Below, piece by piece: positions 18,216 through 30,720 of a stretch of 64,000 bases of DNA. Every line of letters starts with the position of its first letter. Position 1 is the stretch's first letter. Both the position numbers and the translations under genes were made by a program. This DNA is from Candidatus Kerfeldbacteria bacterium (GTDB taxonomy: Bacteria > Patescibacteriota > Patescibacteriia > UBA10025 > JAHIVO01): positions 649,041-713,040 of the forward strand of contig CP181398.1 of NCBI GenBank assembly GCA_047946875.1, given 5' to 3'. Under the pieces are notes generated by a model. The model was given only the letters and a program-made list of their open reading frames with translations, was not told the DNA's origin and searched no databases.

Positions 18216-18656
18216 TTAAATTGTTGGATTAATATCTTTTCGATGTCTTCTTCTCTTTACTACTTTTATTCTAATTAATTCTTTCTCAATCTTAGCAGAT
18301 AATGCGGCGAATTCTTTGGCGTCTGTTCTCTTCTCAGTCAATAACTTCTCAGCCTTCTGTCTAGCTTCTTCTGCCTTTGCTTCATCAATATCGTCTGACT
18401 TCTCAGCTGAATCAGCCAAAACTACCACCTTGTCAGGTCGCACTTCTATGAATCCTCCGGACACAGCCAGATACTCCTCTTCTTTACCTTTCTTAATCTT
18501 TAATTCTCCTGGTTTCAGAATAGAAACCAATGGAATATGATTTGGCAATATACCAATTTCACCCTGCACAGTCGGCAAAACAACCTCATCTACCTGATCA
18601 GAATATACTACTTTTTCAGGAGTTATTATTTCAAAATTAAGTTTTTTTTCTGCCAT
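18216..18656 (-). CDS. atpC: ATP synthase F1 epsilon
   Basis: IITPE, GEIGILPNH, SGGFIEV. Confidence 0.97.
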   Translation of the reverse strand: MAEKKLNFEIITPEKVVYSDQVDEVVLPTVQGEIGILPNHIPLVSILKPGELKIKKGKEEEYLAVSGGFIEVRPDKVVVLADSAEKSDDIDEAKAEEARQKAEKLLTEKRTDAKEFAALSAKIEKELIRIKVVKRRRHRKDINPTI

Positions 18657-18666
18657 ACAAAAATTA

Positions 18667-20064
<1,398 letters not shown>

Positions 20065-20173
20065 TTATTATTAATTTATTTATTGTTTAAAACTCTTGAC
20101 AAATTTATGTATTTATAATTAGATATAGTAATTGTTCAAATTGTACATTGATAAAATAAACTAGGAGGAATTC

Positions 20174-20653
20174 ATGAATACGGATGTTTTACAACCATTA
20201 CCAGATGAGTATAAAGATAAAACTAGTAGCGAAATAGCGGTTTTATTGTTTGACTCATCAAAAATTAATAATACTGAGTTAGCAAATATACTTGGTATCG
20301 GCAGGACAACTCTGTGGCGATATCGGAAGAAAAAATTCTCAAAACTGATTATGGCTAATGCTATCATTCAAGCTTTGGGTTATATTCCACCTAATCTACC
20401 TCAACGGAAAATGCCTGCTACGACTTCAGATGATCAACAGCTCTACTCTGGTACAATAGTATATAGCTATTTAAATGGTACTGTAACCTACATCAAATGG
20501 TTAGAGAAAAAATCAGAGACGCTCTGTAAGGTAAAATTAGACAAATATGATAGAGAAATAGTAATAATATTTCCTTATGATATTACTGATCGTGTCTTCC
20601 GTGAGTCTAAAATAATACTAGTCAATGAAATGGTTGGTAAAATCAAACTCTAA
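20174..20653 (+). CDS. HTH-domain protein; cassette gene inside atp operon
   Basis: NTELANILGIGRTTLWRY helix-turn-helix; TTGACA 20096, AGGAGG SD. Confidence 0.7.
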   Translation: MNTDVLQPLPDEYKDKTSSEIAVLLFDSSKINNTELANILGIGRTTLWRYRKKKFSKLIMANAIIQALGYIPPNLPQRKMPATTSDDQQLYSGTIVYSYLNGTVTYIKWLEKKSETLCKVKLDKYDREIVIIFPYDITDRVFRESKIILVNEMVGKIKL

Positions 20654-20672
20654 AATAACGGAGGTAAGAGTG

Positions 20673-21164
20673 ATGAACGATCAAGGATTGAACAATTCAT
20701 TTCCTATTATCGATCTAAATCAAGACGATGCAACATTACTTGAAACAATTTATCAAGCATTCTTATTAACTGGTGAAAACGACGTTGTTCTATCACGTAG
20801 ACTAGGAATTTCTCGTAACACCCTCCGATCTATAAAAAATGGTAACCACGGAATTCTGTCAAAATCTCTATCTATCTTGCGTAGTCTTGGATATTGCCTC
20901 ATCCTCCCGATAACTGATTCAGCATTCGAATTTCGACAGTTACCTATTGTGGTAACCTCGGCTATTGAAAATCCCGATCCGGATTGTTTTGAAGAGGTTA
21001 CTAGATGTAAGCAATATCTGGTAGATGATGGATGGGAAATTGTTCTGATTAATCGCCGTCCAATAGATGATGACAGGTATCAGTTCACTTTACATGCTCG
21101 CCGGTTGGTCCCTGAAGATTTTAAAGAAAAATCATCAAATACCCAATCTGTGGCTGCAGTATGA
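20673..21164 (+). CDS. HTH-domain protein; second cassette gene
   Basis: DVVLSRRLGISRNTLRSIKNG; GGAGG SD. Confidence 0.7.
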   Translation: MNDQGLNNSFPIIDLNQDDATLLETIYQAFLLTGENDVVLSRRLGISRNTLRSIKNGNHGILSKSLSILRSLGYCLILPITDSAFEFRQLPIVVTSAIENPDPDCFEEVTRCKQYLVDDGWEIVLINRRPIDDDRYQFTLHARRLVPEDFKEKSSNTQSVAAV

Positions 21165-21180
21165 CTCCTTTGTTTATTAT

Positions 21181-21218
21181 AAAGCGCTTTTAAGATTATT
21201 ATCTTAGGCGCTTTTTTT
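21181..21218 (+). terminator. Intrinsic terminator
   Basis: AAAGCGC..TAAGAT..ATCTTA..GCGCTTTTTTT. Confidence 0.85.
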
Positions 21219-21291
21219 ATTTAATGTACTTTCCAATTACTGGATAAAATCTATATTCAATAATTAAATACAAATTTCAGCCAATAACTTA

Positions 21292-22212
21292 TTATTTGAC
21301 TGCTGCAGCCCCGGCACTAATTTCTGCTATCTCTGATGTAATTGCCTGTTGTCTAGCTTGGTTGAATGTTAGATTCAAATCATCAATCATATCTCCAGCT
21401 GCATCAGATGCATTACGCATGGCTACCATTCGTGAAGAATGTTCAGATGCATTTGATTCTAACAATGCTTGATATACTTGCAACTCAATCAAACGATGCA
21501 ACATCTGATCCAAAACTACATCAGGAGATGGTTCGAATGTATATTCCAAATCTGTAGTTTCAGCTTCTACATTATCCTTCTTATCTTTTATAACATGACC
21601 CAACTCATTATCTTCTTTTGAAATAGGTAATAATTTTCTAATATAAGCTTCTTGAGATACGGCAGATTTATAATCAGTATAAGCAATTACTACTCTTTCA
21701 TATTTTCCAGATAAATAATCTGTGATAACCATCTTTGCTATAGCGCTTATTTCCGTAACACTTTCTGCAGTTTCTGGTTTAGGAAAGTTAGCAATAATCT
21801 TATGATTATATTGATGCATAATATCTTTACCACGATCACCCATCAAAAATATGTCCGCTATCTCTTCAATATTTTTTTCTTTTTTCTTTTTATCTAAATA
21901 CCCTGCAACTTTTTCAACAATCTCACGATTAAATCCGCCACATAAACCACGGTTTGAATTAATCATTATTATGCCTATTTTTCCGTCTTTTGATTCTTTT
22001 CTTTCTAATAAAGGATGGTGAGAAGCATCTGTCTTGGCAGATAGATTCTTAACAATATCCCAAGCCGTATTTGCATAATGACGGGTTTCCAAAACAGACT
22101 TCACTGCTTTTCTCATTTTTGAAGCAGCAACCAACTCCATAGCTTTAGTAATTTTTTTAGTACTACTTATGGAGCGAAGACGTCTTTTTATTTCTTTAGT
22201 TGCTAGGGGCAT
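21292..22212 (-). CDS. atpG: ATP synthase F1 gamma
   Basis: KITKAMELVAASK, RGLCGGFN, ARQQAITSEIAEI. Confidence 0.98.
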   Translation of the reverse strand: MPLATKEIKRRLRSISSTKKITKAMELVAASKMRKAVKSVLETRHYANTAWDIVKNLSAKTDASHHPLLERKESKDGKIGIIMINSNRGLCGGFNREIVEKVAGYLDKKKKEKNIEEIADIFLMGDRGKDIMHQYNHKIIANFPKPETAESVTEISAIAKMVITDYLSGKYERVVIAYTDYKSAVSQEAYIRKLLPISKEDNELGHVIKDKKDNVEAETTDLEYTFEPSPDVVLDQMLHRLIELQVYQALLESNASEHSSRMVAMRNASDAAGDMIDDLNLTFNQARQQAITSEIAEISAGAAAVK

Positions 22213-22224
22213 AATTTATTTCTT

Positions 22225-22254
22225 TCAGGCATAGCCTGATCCGGCTCTGCCGGA
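22225..22254. repeat. 30-bp double-hairpin element, intergenic copy
   Basis: TCAGGCATAGCCTGA+TCCGGCTCTGCCGGA; second half is the reverse complement of 11569-11583. Confidence 0.75.
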
Positions 22255-22262
22255 ATCTTTAT

Positions 22263-23810
22263 TTAATTATTAACCTTTTTAGTCTCTTTCTCTTCTTCTT
22301 TTACAACAAAATTTGTTGTTTTTTTAAAGTCTTCTATTGTTTGTCTTAATTTCTTATCAATATCTTCAGTAATATCTCCGGCATCAGAAATTTCTTTCAG
22401 TAAATCTTTTGCTGACATATTTAGATATTTATCAAATTCAGTTTCAAATTCTTTGATTTTCTCTACTGGAATATCAGACAACAATTCATTAACCGCAGCA
22501 AATAATATTGCTACTTGATTTTCCATCGGTACTGGCGCAAATAAACCTTGTTTCAATATTTCAGTTAACCTTTTACCTAATTCTAATTGTCGTTGTGTAG
22601 CATCATCAAGATCAGAACCAAACTGTGCGAAAGCTGCTAATTCTCTAAACTGAGCTAAATCCAAACGTAATTTGCCGGCTACTTTTTTCATAGCTTTGGT
22701 TTGGGCAGCAGAACCAACACGAGACACTGACAAGCCAACACTAATCGCTGGTCTAATACCTTGATAAAATAAATCTGGCTCCAAAAATATTTGACCATCT
22801 GTAATAGAAATTACATTGGTAGGAATATAGGCAGAAATATCTCCTGCTTGAGTTTCGATAATTGGCAAGGCTGTTAATGATCCACCACCATAATCTTTAT
22901 TTAATTTAGCAGATCTTTCTAATAGTCTTGAATGTAAATAAAATACATCACCTGGATAAGCTTCACGGCCTGGAGGTCTCCTTAATAACAATGAAATCTG
23001 TCGATATGCCCAAGCATGCTTGGATAAATCATCATAAATAACTAGAGCATCTTTACCCTGCTCCATGAAATATTCTGCCATTGCACATCCAGAGTAAGGG
23101 GAAATATATGATAAACTTGCTGGATCAGAAGCACCAGCTACTACTACAATAGTATGTTCCATTGCTCCATGTTTTTCCAATTCAGTAACAATCTTAGCTA
23201 TCTTTGATTCCTTCTGACCAATAGCCACATAAACACAAGTTACACCTTTACCTTTTTGATTGATAATAGTATCTATAGTCAAAGCTGTTTTACCTGTCTG
23301 ACGATCACCAATAATCAACTCACGTTGGCCACGTCCAATAGGTATCATTGAATCAATAGCCTTAATACCAGTTTGTAGTGGCGTATCTACTGATTTTCTA
23401 GTAATAACACGAGGGGCAATTTTTTCTACTGGGTAATATTGGTCAGTATTAATATCACCTTTACCATCAATAGGCTCACCTAGTGGATTCACAACTCTAC
23501 CAACTAAAGCATCGCCAACAGGTACCTGTAAAATTTTACCAGTACTTTTAACAGTATCTCCTTCATTAATACCTTCATTACCACCAAGGATAATAGCACC
23601 AACAGAATCTTCTTCTAGGTTCAAGGCTACACCATATTTTCCGCCAGGAAATTCTATCATCTCCATAGCCAAAACATCAGACAGTCCAGAAATCATAGCG
23701 ATGCCATCACCTATTTCTTCGACTGTACCAACTTTTTCAGTTGAGACAGATGTTTTGAAATCAGTAATCTGTTTTTTTAGTTCTTCGATAACGAAATCTT
23801 TGCTTGACAT
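22263..23810 (-). CDS. atpA: ATP synthase F1 alpha
   Basis: [29 protein letters not shown]. Confidence 0.99.
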   Translation of the reverse strand: MSSKDFVIEELKKQITDFKTSVSTEKVGTVEEIGDGIAMISGLSDVLAMEMIEFPGGKYGVALNLEEDSVGAIILGGNEGINEGDTVKSTGKILQVPVGDALVGRVVNPLGEPIDGKGDINTDQYYPVEKIAPRVITRKSVDTPLQTGIKAIDSMIPIGRGQRELIIGDRQTGKTALTIDTIINQKGKGVTCVYVAIGQKESKIAKIVTELEKHGAMEHTIVVVAGASDPASLSYISPYSGCAMAEYFMEQGKDALVIYDDLSKHAWAYRQISLLLRRPPGREAYPGDVFYLHSRLLERSAKLNKDYGGGSLTALPIIETQAGDISAYIPTNVISITDGQIFLEPDLFYQGIRPAISVGLSVSRVGSAAQTKAMKKVAGKLRLDLAQFRELAAFAQFGSDLDDATQRQLELGKRLTEILKQGLFAPVPMENQVAILFAAVNELLSDIPVEKIKEFETEFDKYLNMSAKDLLKEISDAGDITEDIDKKLRQTIEDFKKTTNFVVKEEEKETKKVNN

Positions 23811-23863
23811 ATTTTTTAAATTAATTTATATTATTATTTATATTATTATTCTTTATTAACATT

Positions 23864-24262
23864 TTATTTTAAAGTTTCTGCTAGCAACTCTATTCTTCTC
23901 TGTACGCTTCCATCAATTATAGTATCATTATATTTGATTACCATACCACCAATCAATTTCTCATCCGTTCCTGTTTTGATTTCAATTTCTTTATTTAATG
24001 ATCCACTTAACTTATTCTTAATCATATCCAATATATTCTGGTCAATTTTCTCAGCAGTTGTAACAGTAATTTCAAGATTATTTTCTTGTTCATTATAATA
24101 ATTTCTAAAAGCTTTGATAATTTTTTCTACTTTGTTTACATCTTTATTCTTTATCAAAATTCCTACAAAAGATTTTAGAATATCAGAAAGCTTATGCTCA
24201 TCTACATTTTTTATAGACTCATATAAACTGATTGCGTATTTTTTTGGAGGAATATTCTTCAT
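23864..24262 (-). CDS. atpH: ATP synthase F1 delta
   Basis: KYAISL, LIGGMVI..DTIIDGSV; operon position. Confidence 0.93.
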   Translation of the reverse strand: MKNIPPKKYAISLYESIKNVDEHKLSDILKSFVGILIKNKDVNKVEKIIKAFRNYYNEQENNLEITVTTAEKIDQNILDMIKNKLSGSLNKEIEIKTGTDEKLIGGMVIKYNDTIIDGSVQRRIELLAETLK

Positions 24263-24267
24263 TATTT

Positions 24268-24765
24268 CTAATTTACTTGATTTATTGTATCTTCGATTAG
24301 TTTTTTGTTGCTTTCTTTATCTATCTCTTTTCCAATAATCTTGGAGCTGGCTATGACAACTAAATCAGCTACTTCTTGTTTTGCTTCCTTAATTATTTTT
24401 TCTTTCTCATCTTCTAAATCAGCTTTTGTTTTAGCAACAATTTTTTCTACCTCTTCTCTTGTCTGCTTCAATTTCTCATCACGAGTATGGTCAGATTCTT
24501 TATGAACTGTTTCCATAATTATCTGAGCTTCTTTTTTTGCTTCAATAACTATTTTTTCTTTAGTATCACCTGCTTCTTTTAATTTCTTTTCAATCTCTTC
24601 AGCATCTTTTAAACTTTTCTCAATATCATCACTACGTTTATTCATCACTTTCATCAATGGCTTTATAGCGAAGAACCATAAAACTCCTAAGACAATCGCG
24701 AAATTAATAATTTGAGCTATTAATAATTTCCAGTCAATATGAAATGTTTTTACTAATTCGTCCAT
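24268..24765 (-). CDS. atpF: ATP synthase Fo subunit b
   Basis: AQIINF TM plus coiled coil; operon position. Confidence 0.95.
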   Translation of the reverse strand: MDELVKTFHIDWKLLIAQIINFAIVLGVLWFFAIKPLMKVMNKRSDDIEKSLKDAEEIEKKLKEAGDTKEKIVIEAKKEAQIIMETVHKESDHTRDEKLKQTREEVEKIVAKTKADLEDEKEKIIKEAKQEVADLVVIASSKIIGKEIDKESNKKLIEDTINQVN

Positions 24766-24840
24766 AAATTTTAAATTAAGTTAATTGTATAACTATAGAA
24801 GGCCTAATCTCGAAAACAAGACCTTCTAGACGTCATAAAA

Positions 24841-25089
<249 letters not shown>

Positions 25090-25150
25090 TTATATTTTTA
25101 GTTTATTGTCGGTGTAAACAAACAAATTTATTAGTTATTATTTATTAATA

Positions 25151-26062
25151 TTAATGCTCTTCGTCTGTAGAAGCAATAGTGAAATAGACCAATGTTAGCA
25201 TAGCGAAAATCAATGCCTGAATAATGCCAACTATTACTTCCAAAAATATAAACGGGATTGGCAATGCATAAGCAAATATTACTGCCATCGAAGATAGCAA
25301 TACCTCACCAGCAAAAACATTACCAAAGAGACGAAATGACAAGGAAGCAATTTTGGCTACCTCACCAATAATCTCAATTATACCGACAAAAAACTTTATC
25401 GGATTAATTAAAACAATTGTTGGTTCTTTCATTATCTTTTTTGGAATTTCTCCTAATGTTTTTAGGTTTATAAACTTATTAAAATGTTTCCATGCTCCAA
25501 CCATAAAAATACCAAATACATTAGATCCAATCACAGCGAACAAAGCTAATGCTAAAGTAGTATTCAGATCTGCAGTACCACCTCTAAAAAATGGCACAAA
25601 CAATGCTGCACCATGCCCTTCTTCTATAAAACCTATAGAACCAATCCCAGGAATCAATCCTAACCAGTTGTTAACCAAAATGAATATAAATATAGCAAAT
25701 ACAAATGGGAATATCTTCATTGTTTTTTTTCTGTCTCCAGTTACAGAGTCAGCCATATCCATAGCTCCGTCAACTATAATTTCAAAAGCATTTTGGATGC
25801 CACGAGGAATTTTTTTTATACTTCTACCTATTACTACAGCTAAAATAACGATAATAAAAACTGCCAACCAACTATTAATTAGCGAGTTGGTGACATTAAA
25901 ACCTCCTATATTAAATACTGGCTCAGCATGCAACGTCACCTCGTGGGCAACTTCTTCGTGCGTTTCTTCAACACCTTCTTCGTGAGTATCTACGACTACT
26001 TCTTTATGAGAATCTTCTGTTGTCGTATCTTTAATTTCAGTTGTTTCTTCTAGCAAATCCAT
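25151..26062 (-). CDS. atpB: ATP synthase Fo subunit a
   Basis: SLSFRLFGN, IQALIFAML. Confidence 0.97.
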   Translation of the reverse strand: MDLLEETTEIKDTTTEDSHKEVVVDTHEEGVEETHEEVAHEVTLHAEPVFNIGGFNVTNSLINSWLAVFIIVILAVVIGRSIKKIPRGIQNAFEIIVDGAMDMADSVTGDRKKTMKIFPFVFAIFIFILVNNWLGLIPGIGSIGFIEEGHGAALFVPFFRGGTADLNTTLALALFAVIGSNVFGIFMVGAWKHFNKFINLKTLGEIPKKIMKEPTIVLINPIKFFVGIIEIIGEVAKIASLSFRLFGNVFAGEVLLSSMAVIFAYALPIPFIFLEVIVGIIQALIFAMLTLVYFTIASTDEEH

Positions 26063-26067
26063 TTTAG

Positions 26068-26343
26068 TTATTTATTGTCAGTCTTATCTGACTTAGTTTC
26101 TTTTTTAGCTTCTTTTTCGATTTGATTTATATATTTACCTGCTACTTTTATTATCCCTATTGTAGTAATGATGAAAGCGGCAGCAGTAAGCCCTAGAAAA
26201 TACCAAGGTTCAGAATCATTCTTCTCATCCAAATACCTACCTAAAAATAATGCCGCAATAATTGGTGCAGCTATCCATCCAATTACTTCTCCAAATACTG
26301 TCATACCGGCATGCCACCATGCTTGTTCTGGTTCTTTTTTCAT
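26068..26343 (-). CDS. AtpZ/AtpI family protein
   Basis: Two TM with GRYLD..PW; first gene of atp operon. Confidence 0.85.
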   Translation of the reverse strand: MKKEPEQAWWHAGMTVFGEVIGWIAAPIIAALFLGRYLDEKNDSEPWYFLGLTAAAFIITTIGIIKVAGKYINQIEKEAKKETKSDKTDNK

Positions 26344-26544
26344 ACAAATATATAAAATAACACTAACTCATGAATTACCATTTTTTACTTTAAAATAAGG
26401 CTAAAATTAGTTTGTTTATCCACAAGTTGGCTATATTCTAGAGTAATATGAGTTAAAAGTCAACCCCCCTCGAATTTAGATTTGATTGTAAATAGATTTT
26501 TAACCTAACATTAGCCAATTTAATAAAAAACCTCCATATATTTA

Positions 26545-26892
26545 CTATAAGGAGGCTATATTTGTGTGAATCTTTGGATGATTTTGTAACAACCAAAGAG
26601 TGATAGATATAGACATATCCCTGACTGAATGACCAAAGTCAGCAAGCTCGTTGAATGGCGGGAACTCATCTTGCATGTCCCAACAGACAGGAATTCTATA
26701 GATAATATTGTGCGGGATTTCTGGTATATCCAACATAATATTTAAATCTATCCTCATTAATTCAGAGATAAAATCAGACAAACTAAGTTCTGAAAAAAGT
26801 GTATAACCAGATACACTATTGTTATTACTGTCTGCCCGTAAAATCCCAATCATCTTTCTAAGGATTACCGTTTGGACGCAGTTTATATCCAT
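26545..26892 (-). CDS. Hypothetical protein; second gene of fabD cassette
   Basis: GAGGT SD, 2 nt after fabD stop, hairpin 26525-26557. Confidence 0.55.
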   Translation of the reverse strand: MDINCVQTVILRKMIGILRADSNNNSVSGYTLFSELSLSDFISELMRIDLNIMLDIPEIPHNIIYRIPVCWDMQDEFPPFNELADFGHSVRDMSISITLWLLQNHPKIHTNIASL

Positions 26893-26894
26893 AA

Positions 26895-27845
26895 TTACCT
26901 CACCTGGTTAATTGCTGCTGTTAGAGTTTTTAGATCATCAATTCCATAAACAGGAATTGATTTGTCTATCTGACGCATTAAATTAACAATAACTTTACTT
27001 GGACAGGGTACATATAATTCTTGAGCACCCATTCGAATTAAGCTATTTACAGACACGTCCCATAATACAGGAGATGTCGCTTGATAAGATAAAGTTTGAG
27101 GCACTTCCCAAGCACCACGATATGGCATCGCATCAGTATTCTTGATTACTGGTATTCTCGGTTTATGAAAATTAGTATTTTCAAATTGCTTCAACAATAC
27201 AGATTCCACCGGTTCCATTATACTACTATGAAATGGCGCAGAAACTTTCAAAGGAATTAATTTTCCTTTTAGCTTCCTAACTTTTTCACCAGCAGCCAGT
27301 ACAGATCTACTGTGACCAGAGATAACCACTTGCTTTGGTGAATTATAATTTGCAATGCTAAGTACATCACCTTCAATTGGTTCGTCACAAATTGTATTAA
27401 TTTGATCGTAACTCAATCCAATAATCGCAGCCATCATAGTATCGCCCGCTTTATCTGCAGCTTCTTGCATGGCCAAGCCACGCAAACGAACAATGCTAAT
27501 CGCATCTTCAAAAGAAATTACCCCAGATACTACCAAAGCAGAATACTCCCCTAAAGAATGTCCCGCCATACCAATAACATTTATTTTCCCAGCAGTTTCT
27601 TCATAAAAAACTCGCCAAGCTGCAATAGATGCTGTTAATATTACCGGTTGTGTATTAGACGTCAAAGATAGATCTTCATCAGTGCCATTAAAACACAAAT
27701 CAGCAATATCAATCCCTAATACAAGAGATGATATTTTGAAAGTATCTCTAACAACTTGGTACTTATCATAAAGCTCTTGATAACCGTCGGCAAATTCTGA
27801 TGCTTGCCCAGGAAATAAAAAAGCAATAGGTTTTACATTTGTCAT
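26895..27845 (-). CDS. fabD: Malonyl-CoA:ACP transacylase; cassette gene
   Basis: FLFPGQ, TQP, GHSLGEY, RGLAMQ, NYNSPKQVVISG, VSAPFHS; TTGACA-17-TAAGCT, GGAGG SD. Confidence 0.92.
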   Translation of the reverse strand: MTNVKPIAFLFPGQASEFADGYQELYDKYQVVRDTFKISSLVLGIDIADLCFNGTDEDLSLTSNTQPVILTASIAAWRVFYEETAGKINVIGMAGHSLGEYSALVVSGVISFEDAISIVRLRGLAMQEAADKAGDTMMAAIIGLSYDQINTICDEPIEGDVLSIANYNSPKQVVISGHSRSVLAAGEKVRKLKGKLIPLKVSAPFHSSIMEPVESVLLKQFENTNFHKPRIPVIKNTDAMPYRGAWEVPQTLSYQATSPVLWDVSVNSLIRMGAQELYVPCPSKVIVNLMRQIDKSIPVYGIDDLKTLTAAINQVR

Positions 27846-27923
27846 GTCAATGAACCTCCAATATATTTATTTTTATTTTTCTGTTAGTAGCTTAGTTAAT
27901 ACTACGGTAATTGTCAAGAATTT

Positions 27924-28709
27924 CTAATTAATTATTTCCTGCAACTTCTTCCATGATTTAACGATATCGTCATCTCCTAATACTTCTAAAGTGAAATAAT
28001 TTTTATAACCCGTCTTTTTAAGAAAGCTTATAAATTCTTTCAGGTCCAAATCCCCTTTTTTATCAAAACCAAAATGAGCTCTGCCTTTTGTAAATGCATT
28101 ATGTACATGAATATTTAATATCTTATCAATATTGTCCTCAAAATATTCTTTGTAGTCATCCTCGTTTTGCATACAATGTCCAATATCTACAGTAGATACT
28201 AACCGTGGAACTCTTTTTATTATTAATTCTAATTCATTAAGTTTGATGGGGTATCGTAAACTTGTCCCAGTACTAACAGGTAAATTTTCTATTGCCAACT
28301 CAAATCTTCTATCTACGAATTCTGCCAATCTTTCTAAATATGGTATCGCCATTTCGCGCGCTTCATCATCAGTGATATACATAGGCTTTCTACCAACATG
28401 TACTGTCATCACTTTACCCTCCAATATTTCTACATGCTTTACTGCCTCTTGCAAAGCTACTAAAGAAGCTTCATTAATAACTGTATTCATTGTAACAAAA
28501 GAGAAACCAATAAAAGGCGCATGAACAATAATTTCATATCCTGCTAATTTTTCTTTTAACCACTTTGAATCATCCAATGTCCATTCACCATATTCCAGCC
28601 ATACTTCTATATGCCCTAAGTTATTTAGTTGCTTCAAAAAAGCAATGCGCTGTTCAATGATACTTCTATCGTTTGTTATTATATTTAGAAAAGCTCCGTA
28701 TGATTTCAT
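27924..28709 (-). CDS. Sugar phosphate isomerase/epimerase (AP endonuclease 2 TIM barrel)
   Basis: VHAPF, IENL, DIGH, IHVH, TLEV. Confidence 0.85.
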   Translation of the reverse strand: MKSYGAFLNIITNDRSIIEQRIAFLKQLNNLGHIEVWLEYGEWTLDDSKWLKEKLAGYEIIVHAPFIGFSFVTMNTVINEASLVALQEAVKHVEILEGKVMTVHVGRKPMYITDDEAREMAIPYLERLAEFVDRRFELAIENLPVSTGTSLRYPIKLNELELIIKRVPRLVSTVDIGHCMQNEDDYKEYFEDNIDKILNIHVHNAFTKGRAHFGFDKKGDLDLKEFISFLKKTGYKNYFTLEVLGDDDIVKSWKKLQEIIN

Positions 28710-29776
28710 TATTCTTCTTTTGGTTTATCTATTTCAACTAGATCAAAATCGCCTCCTACTCCAGCAATCTTGTTGGTATCTTTATCCAACTTTTTAAATT
28801 CTTTATAAGCCGTATTATATGTATTTACAGTTGTACCTATCTGAACTCCCAACTTATCCATATAAGATTTGTAACTCATTATATGTTTAGACAGATTACC
28901 TACTCCTTTTTTAATTTCTTGAGCTGATTCCTCGATCTGCAAAGCACGTAAACCTTGTAATACAGTTTGCAAATAAGCTAGGAAACTTGTTGGTGATACT
29001 ATAATTACATGTTTTTCTTTGAATGCGTATTCAATCAAATCTCGAGTAGCCACTTTGACTGCACCAACTTTATTGACTAATAGATCATAATAAATAGCTT
29101 CCGACGGAATAAACATAAAAGCAAACTCCATTGTTTTTTCCCTTGGTCGCACGTACTTACTTGTTTCATCAATTCTATTTTTCAAATCTTGTTTAAATGC
29201 TTTTTCAAATTCTTCTTTTCTTATTGGATCAGTCTCTTCAACTATCCGTTTATAATTTTCCAAAGAAAATTTAGAATCAACAGGGATAATTTTTTCTTTT
29301 ACAAAAACAACCGCATCTACAATATCACCATTTTTAAACTTGTACTGCATTTGATAAGAATTTGGGGGTAGAACATTTTTTAATGTTTCTTCTAGATAAT
29401 ACTCTCCTAATATTCCACGTTGCTTAGGATTGTTTAATGTGTCCTGTAATTTATTTAGTTGCTCAGAAAAACCCAAGACTTGCTTATTAGTTTCGTCCAA
29501 CTTGGTAAGTCTCTCTGTGACATCTTGAACAATCTTTGCTGAATGCCCAAACTGATCTTGCATAGCCTTGGTTGATTCGGCCATTTTATTATCAAGCATC
29601 TTTGTCATCTCTCCACTTTTTTCGTTTAGATGACCTATCCTCTCTTCTAGACGTAATATTTTTTCATAAGTTTCTTTATCTTGCGGAGCTACTTGTTGTG
29701 ATTTACGAGTACTTATGAAAGTTAGGACTGTCCCCGCTAGAATCAAACCTGCCATTATTATTAATAGTGTATCCAT
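28709..29776 (-). CDS. rmuC: DNA recombination protein RmuC
   Basis: KQRGILGE, VDSKF, FAFMFIPSE, IVSPTS. Confidence 0.95.
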   Translation of the reverse strand: MDTLLIIMAGLILAGTVLTFISTRKSQQVAPQDKETYEKILRLEERIGHLNEKSGEMTKMLDNKMAESTKAMQDQFGHSAKIVQDVTERLTKLDETNKQVLGFSEQLNKLQDTLNNPKQRGILGEYYLEETLKNVLPPNSYQMQYKFKNGDIVDAVVFVKEKIIPVDSKFSLENYKRIVEETDPIRKEEFEKAFKQDLKNRIDETSKYVRPREKTMEFAFMFIPSEAIYYDLLVNKVGAVKVATRDLIEYAFKEKHVIIVSPTSFLAYLQTVLQGLRALQIEESAQEIKKGVGNLSKHIMSYKSYMDKLGVQIGTTVNTYNTAYKEFKKLDKDTNKIAGVGGDFDLVEIDKPKEE

Positions 29777-29779
29777 ATA

Positions 29780-30619
29780 TTACTTTAGATTAAAAAATTT
29801 ATTTGCATTATTAGTTGTTGCTATAGCAACTTCATCATAACTTATTTTTTTTATTTCAGCTACTCGATCTGCTACATACCTAACAAATCTTGGTTCATTT
29901 CTCTTACCGCGTACCATCTGTGGAGCTAGATATGGAGCATCTGTTTCTACCATCATTCTATCTAATGGAGTTTTCCTAACTACTTCCTCTAGTTTACTAG
30001 TTTTAGGGTATGTAATAATCCCCGTAAACGAAATCATAAATCCAGCATCCAGAAATTTCTTGGCAATTGGCCAATCAGCTGTAAAACAATGCACTACCCC
30101 ATTATTAAAATCAGCTTCTTTCAAAACAGCTAGCATATCATCGTAGGCTTTAACAATATTATCATTTGACCCACGACAGTGCATGATCAATGGCAAAGAT
30201 AATTTTTTTGCCATCTGAGCTCCTTTCAAAAATGTCCAATGTTGTTTATTTTCAAATTCTTCTTTAGGGATACCATCAGGCACATGAAAATAATCTATTC
30301 CCATCTCTCCGATAGCAACAACCTTAGGATTCTTTGCTAATTCTTCGTATGCATCACTTTTGAAATCTTCTTCTCTAGATGTAAAAGCAATTTCTGATTC
30401 ATCAACTTCTGTAGAAAAAAGATGGATAGGATGAAGTCCAATAGCCGCATAACAATTGTAAGGATATTTCTCAGCTATCTCTATGGCTCTTTTACTGGTT
30501 GATAGTTGAGAGCCAACATTAATAACTTTAGTATTTTCTTTGGCAATTCTATCTACTACTGCTTCTAGATCATCTTTATAGGCAGAAAAATTAAGATGAG
30601 CATGTGTATCTATGAGCAT
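29780..30619 (-). CDS. tatD: TatD family hydrolase
   Basis: IDTHAH, GLHP, IGEMGIDY, HCFT, ETDAPYL. Confidence 0.95.
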   Translation of the reverse strand: MLIDTHAHLNFSAYKDDLEAVVDRIAKENTKVINVGSQLSTSKRAIEIAEKYPYNCYAAIGLHPIHLFSTEVDESEIAFTSREEDFKSDAYEELAKNPKVVAIGEMGIDYFHVPDGIPKEEFENKQHWTFLKGAQMAKKLSLPLIMHCRGSNDNIVKAYDDMLAVLKEADFNNGVVHCFTADWPIAKKFLDAGFMISFTGIITYPKTSKLEEVVRKTPLDRMMVETDAPYLAPQMVRGKRNEPRFVRYVADRVAEIKKISYDEVAIATTNNANKFFNLK

Positions 30620-30684
30620 AGTTCTAAAACAATTAATAAAAAGTATTTATTTATATTAAACATGGATTATTAAATACACTTCTC

Positions 30685-30720
30685 GTCCCGCCCCTGAAGC
30701 GGAACAGAATAGTGCGGGAT
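30685..30720. repeat. Short palindromic element GTCCCG...CGGGAT
   Basis: Related hairpin at 32723-32759. Confidence 0.5.
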
